Under the pieces are notes generated by a model. It saw nothing but the letters and a program-made list of their open reading frames with translations. It was not told the DNA's origin and did no database searches. A stretch of DNA of 64,000 nucleotides from an uncultured Prevotella sp. (lineage in GTDB: Bacteria > Bacteroidota > Bacteroidia > Bacteroidales > Bacteroidaceae): the NCBI GenBank assembly GCA_937914865.1, contig CALDMD010000103.1, positions 6,856 to 70,855 of the forward strand, given 5' to 3'. Below, piece after piece: positions 47,401-57,977 of this stretch. The position numbers and the translations under genes were made by a program. Within the stretch, counting starts at the first letter, position 1; each line of letters starts with the position of its first letter.

Positions 47401-47641
47401 CGTATGCCAAAGAAGGCGACGACGGATTGAGCAACTCGATTTCGCCGCTCTCAAGGTTCCAGAGGAAGCCGTAGCGTTCGTCGCCGTAGTCGGCGTAGAC
47501 TCCACATGCCCACTTGCCGTTTGGCGAGGCTGCGATGATGCGGTACTCGTTGGGGGATGACATTACGAATGGGGGAACGGCGGTCTGTGCCCAAGCCGCG
47601 CCACTCATAAGCAATGATGCGAGAATAACTTTCTTTCTCAT
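44465..47641 (-). CDS. large T9SS-sorted surface protein (N-terminal [ST]P[DN]G-repeat propeller-like region, FN3-like domains, beta-sandwich modules)
   Basis: 1058 aa. Signal peptide ..GAAWAQ. Repeats SPNGKW / SNDGVV / TPDGHY / SPDGQY / SPDGKS. C-terminal T9SS tail ..GVYVVKAVVNGETVTRKIQIEK. Confidence 0.8.
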   Translation of the reverse strand: MRKKVILASLLMSGAAWAQTAVPPFVMSSPNEYRIIAASPNGKWACGVYADYGDERYGFLWNLESGEIELLNPSSPSLAYGVSNDGVVVGEFSDNTYRSNGASVTLAGYWANHKWNRLEMPTSTVSQSGASSITPDGHYITGHVEENGQYIGYVWKDGKINRVLEAKNGVSMPYAISPDGQYVGGWIMDQNRQACYWGSDGKYTTITDYESPFSSVRKFSPDGKSLLYFGGWEQQGDQYGARAVYDLASGTHKVVVPDTEENFDFFDISNKGTIMCELGELGYIYQDGKCSYAYKYLKDKGIDLSTHHIFVDPNNTTDSDGNTLYQISRASTVSADDNVMGFQYYNDDKDANGQYSISMQSMVVKFNQATSGLCPVSVKASQLSGQNSVLVAWKPNVMAQGITGYNVFRDGNKVNSAVVTDESFVDSNVSNGSHTYTVSAVYGSTESEKSAEVTTTVAAQKLSTPEGIFTQQHGYNSAYVEWTKPATNFSSLTYYNSEDADIETFGLGTTDASYETAIRFDKTQVAAYKGQKITSVGFYPMEKQGGWKINLYTYDNAGKLKLLYSQPVTQELNYGSHNVVKLNTPQDLPDGDLIIATEVAVTQASMSINALDYGRAVEGYSDLLRDTSDPDFSSAGQLFQAENYLYEATWIIDATISPVGADLSKDDIKNYNVYTDNKLSGTTNDLSYIVSGLSEGTHTIGVSAVYNNGSESEQSQKQLSVTPDESQLSGVNSVNVNATSETAVKATWKAPEVRDNVELEYCSGAPSTSAVVAPAENNYGIKAGAIYPQKTFRGRNGYVIRAARFYPLSDATFTIDIYKDGELVSETEVNDYTLNKWNEVELTTPVTVDSKSQYQLVVDCYDVTPKSPALAIDCNNPVSGYSDIYSLDGESWNPLSSNGTYANWMIGICLASPTGVSMPIDGYDVKVDGVKKNTQMLTTTSFDYDFGTSDAKEHTISVDAYYTVQPSKAVSGNATRFYLGTTGISDNTIARIEVRQGNNEITVNGDGVTSVDLVSAAGATVASAKGNTVSLDGVSAGVYVVKAVVNGETVTRKIQIEK

Positions 47642-47738
47642 ATTCTTGTTTTTCGGTTGTTGTATTCTTTCTGTTTAGATGTAGACAGGACTCCCACACT
47701 CTTGCGGAAGTCCTGCGCTTGTTGTTTTCTATTCTACT

Positions 47739-50348
47739 TTATTCTACTCTGTACTTGTAGCCGCTCACCTTGCCGTTCTTCTCCACACATATAATATATG
47801 TGGCAGCGGGCAGGTTGCCGAGAGCCACGTTGTCAGTGTTGTCCTTGGCATACACTTTCTGTCCGTTGGCGGCGAACACTGATACGTTGGCAGGCTCGCT
47901 GAGCGTCAAGACGTTGTTGCTGAACGTTGCTCCAACGACTCCATTGACTGTGACAGCCTCTACGCCAGTGGCGAGATTCTTCACGTCATTAAGCTTAATG
48001 TCGATGGTGTCGGAGATGGCCTTGCCGAGCTTGTAGCTCGTGACGATGTAGGCACTTGCGTCCTCGTCGTAGAGCATCACTTCCGCATTGTGTGCATCTA
48101 CATTTGTGGTGTCGAGTTCGGCAACACCGGCGCCAGTGAAGTAGATACTGTTCTTTATGAAGCCGTACTTGTCCATGTCCTCAGGGTTCTTCCATGAGAG
48201 GTCGGCATAGTAGGTAGTACGCTTGCTGATGAGAGAGCCAGTAGTCTCAGCCCTGCCGCCTACGAGTGTGAGGTCGGTAGCCTTCGGCAGTTCGGTATAA
48301 ACGTTCACAACCATCGGGTTGGTAGAGTAGTAGCCAGTCCATTGAGTCTCAGACGGGCCTTCAATGCCCGACTCGTCGAACGGCTCAAACTCGCTGTTGG
48401 CGGTGAAGATAGGCTGGAGGAAGTAGGTGTAAGTGCCGTTCTTCACGTTCTTGTCCTTGTAGATGCAAGTTTGGGTATCATCGTTGAAGGCGTCGAGCAG
48501 GCTTACTGTGTCGATAGGCAAGCAGTCGCGGTAGATGATGACGCTGCATGTCTGTGAGATGGCAAGCTCCGGTACGGAGAATTCGATGTCAACAGTGTTG
48601 GGAACATCGGGGTCGGGCTCTGCCATTGCCTCCATCTTTGTCATCTCCGCCATGTCGGTGAAGTCGCCGTAGATGCAGCGCTTGGGGAAGTTGCCTCTGT
48701 ACCATGTGCCGTTGCTGTAGGTGGAGTCGGCTACGGCGATGTCGTTGATGTTGCCGTCAACGGGGGTGTAGACGGTCTTGCCGGTTGGAACCTGCTCGCC
48801 GTTGTCGTCGAATGAGAACTTCTCGTCGAGTGAGAGGATACCGTCTTTGTAAGTCCATTGCTCGAGGCTTTTCGGCTTGTTGATAGTCTCACCTGGCATA
48901 TTTGGGTCTTCAACCACAGTGTAGGTGTATTCCTCTACCTTGTTGCCATCCTCGTCGTACATCAGTTCTGCCTCGTAGTTGTAGGAGTCGTAGGCTCCGG
49001 TGGAAGAGATGTGGAGCGCATTGCCGTTCTCATCGTAGTTGCTGTAGGTGAGGGTCTGCATTGCGTTCTTCTTGTTGTATCTCGTCCAGTTCTCCTTCTT
49101 GGCGAGAGTGCCGTCGGGATTGTATGTGTAGACGTTGAAGTCGTAGGATGTGGAGTCGGAAGTAAGCTGGTTGTTGTCGTTGTAGACATAAGTCTCATAG
49201 TTCTTAGTCTTCTTCCAGGCGAAATCGTCGAAGTCGTAGACACCCCATTGGTAGACATCCTTTTTCGTGATGTTGCCATTGTCGTCAAAGGAGTACTTGG
49301 TGATGTTGGTAGGTGTGAAGACATCGCTATAACCAGAATCGCCGTATCCGCGTCCGGTCTCTGCGCTGCCAACCAGCTTGCCGTCGGTGTTGTAGTAGAA
49401 ATATTCGCGCTTTGCATCTACAGTTTCCGGAATGTCGCCCATGGAGTTGCCGTAGTTGAGCGTCTTGATGAGGAAACGTGCCTTCTTGGCGGGCTTGCCC
49501 GGCTTCGTGGCTGCAGTGCCGTCGGCTGAAGACTTGCCGTAGGAGATGCCGCAAACGTTGTCGGACAGCTTGCCCTTGAGGCTCACGGCCTTTTTGTCGA
49601 GGTCGAAGGTAAAGACGCTACTGTTCTCTACGAGATACACCGTCTTGCCGTCGTCGCTGGCAACCATGCTGTTGTTGCTTGACCATCTCGTGGAGGAGAC
49701 AGTGTTGTTGCTTATGACCTGCACGGGGTCGGATGTTGGCGATGCCTTGTAGAGGTTGGGGTAGTAATTGTTGTCGTCGGTGGCATTCTGGAGGAGATAG
49801 AAGCCGCCATTGTTGTCGGAAGCAATAGCATGGTACTCTCCTGCCCAACTTCTCACTTCCGTCATGTTTCCGTCAGTAGGTTCCATGGCGTAGAGTTTAG
49901 TGACGTACTCGTCCTTGGCGTTGATTCCTATTTCCGTGACGTACACAATGCCGGAGTTCTTGTCGTAGGTCATTGATGAGGCGTTGTAGCCAGGCTCGCC
50001 GTAGTCGTAGGAGAAATTGTTCACAACGACCATGTTGCCGTTGGTGAAGTTGAGCGTGACGAGAGCCGTCACCTCATCGTATGTGGTTGGGTCCTGATAG
50101 TCGACGAAGGCGTAGTATTTGTCGCCCACGGTCACGCCGCACTTGACTTCCCTCACTTCTTCGAAAGTGTATTCTGATGTTAATGAAGTTGTCGCTGAGG
50201 CGTTGACTCCTCCGATGTCGAATGATGTTGTTTTGGCTCCGAATGAGTATGAAGGAATGAGTCCATACACAACGTTTTCAGCCCAAGCTGCTGAAAATAC
50301 AAGGGTCAAAACCAATAATGTTAATGAACGAAGTAAACACTTTTTCAT
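47739..50348 (-). CDS. T9SS-sorted protein with a central YD (RHS-type) repeat block
   Basis: ORF 47739-50429. The likely start is MKKCLLRSLTLLVLTL at 50348 (869 aa). About 7 YD-type repeats (YYNTDGKL, FDDNGNI, YTYNPDGTL, YDENGNA, YDEDGNK, FDDNGEQ). C-terminal tail ..ATYIICVEKNGKVSGYKYRVE. Confidence 0.8.
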   Translation of the reverse strand: MKKCLLRSLTLLVLTLVFSAAWAENVVYGLIPSYSFGAKTTSFDIGGVNASATTSLTSEYTFEEVREVKCGVTVGDKYYAFVDYQDPTTYDEVTALVTLNFTNGNMVVVNNFSYDYGEPGYNASSMTYDKNSGIVYVTEIGINAKDEYVTKLYAMEPTDGNMTEVRSWAGEYHAIASDNNGGFYLLQNATDDNNYYPNLYKASPTSDPVQVISNNTVSSTRWSSNNSMVASDDGKTVYLVENSSVFTFDLDKKAVSLKGKLSDNVCGISYGKSSADGTAATKPGKPAKKARFLIKTLNYGNSMGDIPETVDAKREYFYYNTDGKLVGSAETGRGYGDSGYSDVFTPTNITKYSFDDNGNITKKDVYQWGVYDFDDFAWKKTKNYETYVYNDNNQLTSDSTSYDFNVYTYNPDGTLAKKENWTRYNKKNAMQTLTYSNYDENGNALHISSTGAYDSYNYEAELMYDEDGNKVEEYTYTVVEDPNMPGETINKPKSLEQWTYKDGILSLDEKFSFDDNGEQVPTGKTVYTPVDGNINDIAVADSTYSNGTWYRGNFPKRCIYGDFTDMAEMTKMEAMAEPDPDVPNTVDIEFSVPELAISQTCSVIIYRDCLPIDTVSLLDAFNDDTQTCIYKDKNVKNGTYTYFLQPIFTANSEFEPFDESGIEGPSETQWTGYYSTNPMVVNVYTELPKATDLTLVGGRAETTGSLISKRTTYYADLSWKNPEDMDKYGFIKNSIYFTGAGVAELDTTNVDAHNAEVMLYDEDASAYIVTSYKLGKAISDTIDIKLNDVKNLATGVEAVTVNGVVGATFSNNVLTLSEPANVSVFAANGQKVYAKDNTDNVALGNLPAATYIICVEKNGKVSGYKYRVE

Positions 50349-50478
50349 AATAATTGCGTTTTGATGTTTAACTTTAAATACTCTCTTATTTTTTTGCAAA
50401 GGTACACATTTCCTTTGAAAGGCGAACAAATCTTAAATAAAAATGCAAAGTCTTTATTGCAAATACGTGGAAAATAAG

Positions 50479-50486
50479 TAATTTTG
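50479..50486 (+). promoter_or_regulatory. -7 box (TAATTTTG) upstream of the 644-aa gene
   Basis: TAATTTTGCA lies about 95 nt upstream of the ATG at 50582. Confidence 0.45.
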
Positions 50487-50581
50487 CAACGGAAAAGAGA
50501 TTTTAGCTTTCGATTTGACATATTTAATAAATAAAAATACATCTGTAATATTGAATATTAATATTTAACAATAAGAGATAT

Positions 50582-52516
50582 ATGAGAAAATTTACACTGG
50601 CAGTAGCGTCGCTTCTCCTTTTAAATATAGGTAGTGCCGACGCAGTGACCATTGGTTACTCGAAAGAAACAATCAACCGCAACATCTTCCGACTCGGTTC
50701 TTCCACGACGCAGGGTCAGGCCATACGCCTTAGCAAGGCGAAACTCCAGGCTCTGAAGGGCAAGACGATAGACTTCGTGGAGATTGCTGTCGGCTCGAAG
50801 AACACTACGGACAATAAGCTGAACACATTCATATCCACATCTCTCGACGGCACTCCGCTTGTGGAGGGCACGCTGAAAGTGTCGAGAGCATACTCCAAAG
50901 CCAAATGGACTCTCCCCACGCCGTACACCATCACGGGCGATGAGGAATGTCTCTACATCGGCTACACGGCAGAGATACCCTCTACCTACAATATGCTTCT
51001 TTCCGACGGTTCGTACGACATCAGCGGCTGCAACTTCGCCTATAAGGACGGTGAGTGGGTGGACACGTACGGAATGGGCAAGGGTAGCGCCTACATCTTT
51101 GTTAATGTTGACGGAGCAGCCGACTACACCGACGCCATCATGGGCAGAAACAATTTCGACGGATATTTCAAGGCAGGCAACGACTACGACTTCTCGGCGC
51201 GCTTCCTCAATGCAGGCACGACCACTATCAACGCTTTCGATGCTATTGTTACGGTGGGCGGCAAAACCACCACTCAGCACTTCGACGGGCTTGCCATTAA
51301 GCCAAAGGAAGGCTACAGCTTCAAGCTCTCAGGCTTGAACAGCAACAACGAGGGCAATCAGGATGTGAACGTGGAACTTGCCAACGTCAACGGCAAGGGA
51401 GTGGAGGTGGACCCCTCCGACAACTCTTCGTCGGGCTCTCTCTTCTTCTATCCGCACGACATGGAGCGCTCGCTGCTTGTGGAGAGCTTCACGGGCCAGG
51501 ACTGCACGCAGTGTCCCTCAGGTCACGTCACTATTGACGGTGCGCTGGAGGCTTATCAAAATGTGTCTGAGGACAGTATCATCGAACTTACCCACCATGC
51601 CGGCTACTATCCAGATATGTTCACCATGGAAGAGGACGATTTCAGCCGCTTCTTCTATAGCAATCCAGGCAGCACTTTCGCACCAGCCGTGATGGTGAAC
51701 CGCAACGCCGACAGTTCTGTTGGCATGGCTCCGGTCGTCAATGTAGACTACGGCGACATCATCACTCTCCTCAGTCATGCCGCTTCTGCAAAGCCCTACG
51801 TGTCGCTCAATCTGGAGACAGCGCTCGACAAGAGTACGCGCGAGCTGACCGTCAAGCTGCAGGTGAAGCCTCATACGGATATGCCTTCCGACAAAGTACT
51901 CTTCAACGTCTATCTCGTGCAGGACGGCATCAAGGCATATCAGGCAAATGGCGGCACCAATTATACGCACAGCCGCGTGTCGAGAGGCACAGTGACGGGC
52001 AACAACTGGGGTATCAGCTGCGAACTTGAGGATGGCAAGACCATGACATGGACGAAGACCATCACCATTCCCGACAGCATCCACTCTTCCTACTGGATTG
52101 ACGACTACATCGACAACGACGGAATGTACAGCGGCAAGTACAATCCCTCGCAGACCAACATAAAGGCTGTGCTTGAGAATATGTCGGTTGTGGCATACGT
52201 CGGGGAATATGATGCGGACGACAATACGAAGAACATCATCTTCAATAGCTGTGAGGCGAAGCTCGGCGAGTCGCACATGCAGAAGGGCTTTGGTACGTCG
52301 ACAGACGTGGAGAGCGTGGAGCAGCAGCCGGCGACAGAGCCTGCTGTGCGCGTGGCTGACGGCAGGATAAGCGTCAGCGGCGACTGCGAGCGTGTGGACG
52401 TATACAGCATTGCGGGCGGAAAAGTGAATGTCGACTCGCGCCTTGCCAACGGCGTCTACATCGTGAAGCTGCTGTCGAACGGCAAGCTGACAACGAAGAA
52501 AGTGCTTGTAAAATAA
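50582..52516 (+). CDS. T9SS-sorted Omp28-related / thioredoxin-like CxxC protein
   Basis: 644 aa with a signal peptide. ESFTGQDCTQCPSGH motif. C-terminal tail ..VDVYSIAGGKV..GVYIVKLLSNGKLTTKKVLVK. The Omp28 family name is recalled, not searched. Confidence 0.7.
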   Translation: MRKFTLAVASLLLLNIGSADAVTIGYSKETINRNIFRLGSSTTQGQAIRLSKAKLQALKGKTIDFVEIAVGSKNTTDNKLNTFISTSLDGTPLVEGTLKVSRAYSKAKWTLPTPYTITGDEECLYIGYTAEIPSTYNMLLSDGSYDISGCNFAYKDGEWVDTYGMGKGSAYIFVNVDGAADYTDAIMGRNNFDGYFKAGNDYDFSARFLNAGTTTINAFDAIVTVGGKTTTQHFDGLAIKPKEGYSFKLSGLNSNNEGNQDVNVELANVNGKGVEVDPSDNSSSGSLFFYPHDMERSLLVESFTGQDCTQCPSGHVTIDGALEAYQNVSEDSIIELTHHAGYYPDMFTMEEDDFSRFFYSNPGSTFAPAVMVNRNADSSVGMAPVVNVDYGDIITLLSHAASAKPYVSLNLETALDKSTRELTVKLQVKPHTDMPSDKVLFNVYLVQDGIKAYQANGGTNYTHSRVSRGTVTGNNWGISCELEDGKTMTWTKTITIPDSIHSSYWIDDYIDNDGMYSGKYNPSQTNIKAVLENMSVVAYVGEYDADDNTKNIIFNSCEAKLGESHMQKGFGTSTDVESVEQQPATEPAVRVADGRISVSGDCERVDVYSIAGGKVNVDSRLANGVYIVKLLSNGKLTTKKVLVK

Positions 52517-52518
52517 CA

Positions 52519-54711
52519 ATGCCGCAGGTAAGAAATAGTCATATTATGAGAATACCTTATATATATATAATAGGTATGGCAATGTCTCTGTTCCCAGCCG
52601 TAGGTTGGGGACAGGGTGTTTTGTCGCCCAAGGCTGCCATTGCCTTGTCGGACAATGGCGGCAGCAATAAGCTAAAGGGAGTGGAGCACTCGGAGCGTAG
52701 ATTCTCAGCCTATGTCACCATCAATCCCTCCACGACATCGTGGCAGCAACTCGACGTGGTGCCAACGGCGCAGTATGGCAACACCGCTGTCGTGCGGCTT
52801 TCTATGGGAGAGCTGCGCGACTTGGCGACCAAAGACGGCGTGGAATACGTGCAACTCGCTTCCGGCGTAAGCCAGATGCTCGACGTGGCACGTCAGGAGG
52901 CAGGCACCGACGCCATTCATAAGGGCACGTCGCTGCCACATGCCTACACGGGAAAAGGTGTGGTTGTGGGCATTGTGGACGCAGGCTTCGACTATCTCCA
53001 CAGCGCTTTCCGCAATCCCGTTGACGGCACGTTGCGCATCAAGCGTGTGTGGGAGCAGGAGACGACCTCGTTTTCCGGAGCTTCCGCTCCTGCAAAGTAC
53101 GGCTATGGAGTGGAACTCAACACTCCCGAACTTATTGCCGCATCACAGGGCGATAGCGACTCCAACTCACATGGTACGCACGTCGCAGCGATAGCCACGG
53201 GTAGCGACGACTACAAGGACGGCGCCTACGTGGGCAACGCCCCCGACGCCGACATTGTGCTCGTGGCACTCGACCTCTCGAAATGCAGCAGTGCCGACAT
53301 CTGCAATGCCGTGCAGTACATTTTCGACTATGCCGACGAGGTGGGGGAGCCATGTGTAGTAAATCTCAGTCTCGGCAACCATGAGGGTCCGCACGACGGC
53401 ACGTCGACGTTCGACACGATGACCGACGCCATGCAGAAGGCAGGACGTCTTATCGTTGGCGCGGCTGGCAACCACCGCACGGACAAATTCCACATCGACC
53501 ACTCCTTCTCTTCTTCTTCCGATGCCCCACTGAAGACCTTCGTCAAGTACAAGAGCGGGCCGTCAGCCTCGAAGACCGGCGGCACGATAGAGATATGGGG
53601 CGAGAAGGGTACGGAATTCACCGTAGACCTTGCAGCATACAGCACGTTCAACAAGAAAGACGCCAACTCCACGACAGTCTATCCTGCCGACGGCGTCACT
53701 GAGGCGTCGTTCGGACGCTACGCCACGGGCACGTGGAAGGTGGCGTCGGAGACGAGTCCGCTCAATGGCAAGCCCCACGTGGTGCTGACCTCCGCTCTTA
53801 CCAACCTCCGCTCCAATTACGCCATCGCGCTCACCATCACTCCAAAGGGGGCTGGGCGTGTCAACGTGTGGGCTGACAACTCCTATCTCGGACTCGAGTC
53901 GCTCGGCATCGACGGATATTCCGACCCGGACGCTTCCTCGTCCACACTCGCGGAAATTGGCGGAACGGGCAAGCGCATACTGACCGTCGGCTCCTACACA
54001 ACACGCAACGAATACACTACCAACAGTGGCACGAAGGCTACGCTTGACGAGACCATAGGAGACATTAGCTCCTTCTCAAGCTATGGTCCTACTGCCGACG
54101 GGCGCATAAAACCGGACATCGCCGCTCCAGGATGTCTCATCATCTCAGCCGTGTCCACCAATGACGCGTCGAGCACACTGATGTATGCCGACTACAACGA
54201 GAAGTACGGGCGCAACAATCTCTATGGCTACATGCAGGGCACTTCTATGGCGTCGCCTTTCGTGGCAGGCATCGTGGCCACATGGCTGCAGGCTTATCCC
54301 GAGCTTACACCGGAAGAACTGCATCAGATCGTGGAGACAACCGCACGCAAGGACAACTTCACGTCTGCCGAGGCAGACAACAATTGGGGCTATGGCAAAA
54401 TCAACGCCATGGACGGTCTGCGAAAGTGTCTTGAGATGGAGGAGGCAGGATGTCAGTCGCTGCAAGTAGCGTTCGACGGCACTGTAGCTATTGCTTCAGG
54501 ACAGGCCGTTGTCAGTTTCCCGCGTGACACTCGTGCGGCTGCCGTTACGCTTTGCGACCTCTACGGTCATCTGCTTCTTAGCGAAAAACTTGGCAACAGG
54601 CGTGCAGGCGAGTCCGTCAGTGTCAGTCTGCCGTCGCTCTCCAAGGGCGTCTACGTGTTGTCGGTGAAGACCGACACCGCAAACAAACCGTATAAGTTCG
54701 TCTGTCAATAA
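52519..54711 (+). CDS. subtilisin-like serine peptidase (S8) with T9SS C-terminal domain
   Basis: 730 aa, with an alternative start at 52546. Catalytic triad contexts VGIVDAGFD, HGTHVAAIATG and GTSMASPFVAG. Tail ..GVYVLSVKTDTANKPYKFVCQ. Starts 2 nt after the upstream stop codon. Confidence 0.9.
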   Translation: MPQVRNSHIMRIPYIYIIGMAMSLFPAVGWGQGVLSPKAAIALSDNGGSNKLKGVEHSERRFSAYVTINPSTTSWQQLDVVPTAQYGNTAVVRLSMGELRDLATKDGVEYVQLASGVSQMLDVARQEAGTDAIHKGTSLPHAYTGKGVVVGIVDAGFDYLHSAFRNPVDGTLRIKRVWEQETTSFSGASAPAKYGYGVELNTPELIAASQGDSDSNSHGTHVAAIATGSDDYKDGAYVGNAPDADIVLVALDLSKCSSADICNAVQYIFDYADEVGEPCVVNLSLGNHEGPHDGTSTFDTMTDAMQKAGRLIVGAAGNHRTDKFHIDHSFSSSSDAPLKTFVKYKSGPSASKTGGTIEIWGEKGTEFTVDLAAYSTFNKKDANSTTVYPADGVTEASFGRYATGTWKVASETSPLNGKPHVVLTSALTNLRSNYAIALTITPKGAGRVNVWADNSYLGLESLGIDGYSDPDASSSTLAEIGGTGKRILTVGSYTTRNEYTTNSGTKATLDETIGDISSFSSYGPTADGRIKPDIAAPGCLIISAVSTNDASSTLMYADYNEKYGRNNLYGYMQGTSMASPFVAGIVATWLQAYPELTPEELHQIVETTARKDNFTSAEADNNWGYGKINAMDGLRKCLEMEEAGCQSLQVAFDGTVAIASGQAVVSFPRDTRAAAVTLCDLYGHLLLSEKLGNRRAGESVSVSLPSLSKGVYVLSVKTDTANKPYKFVCQ

Positions 54712-54720
54712 GGAGGAACA

Positions 54721-54745
54721 GGCAGGCGGTCTTTCGCCGCCTGCC
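54721..54745 (+). terminator. GC hairpin after the S8 gene
   Basis: ggcaggcgg-tctttcg-ccgcctgcc. Confidence 0.6.
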
Positions 54746-54806
54746 GCCTTTCAGACGCTAATTAGGCGTTAATTACCTTTAACAAGGAAAATAAAAATCC
54801 GTTTAA

Positions 54807-56342
<1,536 letters not shown>

Positions 56343-56497
56343 AGGGAAGCGCTGAGTCGGAAATAGGAGTTAGAACATAGAAATTTGAATTTGTAAAGGT
56401 AAAAAGAAGCAATGGCTCGGACCTGCACCCGATAAGGGGCGAGCCCGGACCATTGCTTAACCTATTTTATAAACATTAGCATTACTGTAAACGAAAA

Positions 56498-57922
56498 ATG
56501 AAGTTTAAATCACTGTTGGTGGCACTGCTTGCCGTGGCAGGCAGCGTGTCGGCACAGACATCCGACCCCACAATTATGACTATTGGCGGGCATGCTGTGC
56601 CGCGCTCCGAATTCGAATATTCATACAACAAGAACAACTCCGAGACCGTGGTCGACAAGAAGGACGTAAAGGACTATGTGGACCTCTTCGTCAACTATAA
56701 GCTGAAGGTGCTTGCTGCTGAGGCGGCAGGCATCGACACGACAAAGGCATTCCGCGACGAGTTTCTGATGTATCGCGACCAACAGGTGCGTCCGTCGTTC
56801 ATCAACGACGCTGACGTGGAGCGCGAGGCACGTCGCATCTATGACGAGACGCGTCTCCGCATTGACGGCAACGGCGGCTTGGTACATCCGCTGCATATCC
56901 TTGTGCTCTTGCCGCAGCACTCTACGAAAATCCAACAGGACTCTGCACTCGTGCGTGCCGACTCCATCTACAACGCCTTGAAGAAGGGTGCCGACTTCCG
57001 CGATCTTGCGCGCCGTTGCTCTGACGACCGTGCATCGGCTGTACGCGGCGGCGATCTCTCATGGGTGCAGCGCGGACAGATGGTGAAGGAATTTGAGAAC
57101 ACTATCTTCTCCATGAAGCCGGGAGAGACATCGAAGCCGTTCCTCTCACCTTATGGCTACCATATCGTGCGTCTTGAGGGTAAGCAAAACTTCTTCCCCT
57201 ACGACACCGTGCGTGCCGACATCCGCCGCTTCATCGAGCAACGTGGACTTCGCGAGCGCATCATCTCGCAAAAGATTGACTCCATAGCAAAGGCCTCCGT
57301 GCCTCCTTGCAATCCTGAGGACATCGTCGACAGCCGCGCAGCAGAGATGGCTGCAGCCGACCCTGCTCTCGCCAATCTTATCAAGGAGTATCACGACGGA
57401 CTCCTTCTCTACGAAATCTCCAACCGCAATGTATGGCAGAAAGCGGCAAAGGACGAGAAAGGACTTGAAAAGTTCTTCAAGAAGAACCGCAAGAAATATC
57501 GCTGGGACGCTCCGCGCTTTAAGGGCATCGCCTATTGGGTGAAGACCCAGGATGACATCGATGCCGTGAAAAACGCCGTGAAGAACGTGCCGTTCAACCT
57601 TTGGGCCGACAGTTTGCGCAAGGAGTTCAACGACTCCACAATACGCATCAAGGTCGTGAAGGGTATCTTCCGTGAGGGCGACAATGCTCTCATCGACAAG
57701 ATTGAGTTCGGAAAGGACACCACAGTGGCTGCCGTGAAGGACTTCCCGCTCACTGCTACCTATGGCAAACTGCTCAAGGCTCCGCAGAGCTATGAGGACG
57801 TGCGCGAGCTCGTGGTGAGCGATTATCAGGACCAGCTTGAGAAAGACTGGATCGCCGATTTGCGCAAGCGCTACGCCGTGAATGTGGACAACGCCGTGCT
57901 TGAAACCGTTAACAAGCACTAA
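56498..57922 (+). CDS. parvulin-type peptidyl-prolyl isomerase (periplasmic chaperone-like)
   Basis: 474 aa with a signal peptide. Parvulin core HILV..GGDLSWVQRGQMVKEFE..PYGYHIV. Confidence 0.8.
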   Translation: MKFKSLLVALLAVAGSVSAQTSDPTIMTIGGHAVPRSEFEYSYNKNNSETVVDKKDVKDYVDLFVNYKLKVLAAEAAGIDTTKAFRDEFLMYRDQQVRPSFINDADVEREARRIYDETRLRIDGNGGLVHPLHILVLLPQHSTKIQQDSALVRADSIYNALKKGADFRDLARRCSDDRASAVRGGDLSWVQRGQMVKEFENTIFSMKPGETSKPFLSPYGYHIVRLEGKQNFFPYDTVRADIRRFIEQRGLRERIISQKIDSIAKASVPPCNPEDIVDSRAAEMAAADPALANLIKEYHDGLLLYEISNRNVWQKAAKDEKGLEKFFKKNRKKYRWDAPRFKGIAYWVKTQDDIDAVKNAVKNVPFNLWADSLRKEFNDSTIRIKVVKGIFREGDNALIDKIEFGKDTTVAAVKDFPLTATYGKLLKAPQSYEDVRELVVSDYQDQLEKDWIADLRKRYAVNVDNAVLETVNKH

Positions 57923-57977
57923 TGCTCACGACTCCACAAAAAAGAAAGAAACAGACATACACACACAATATACATAG

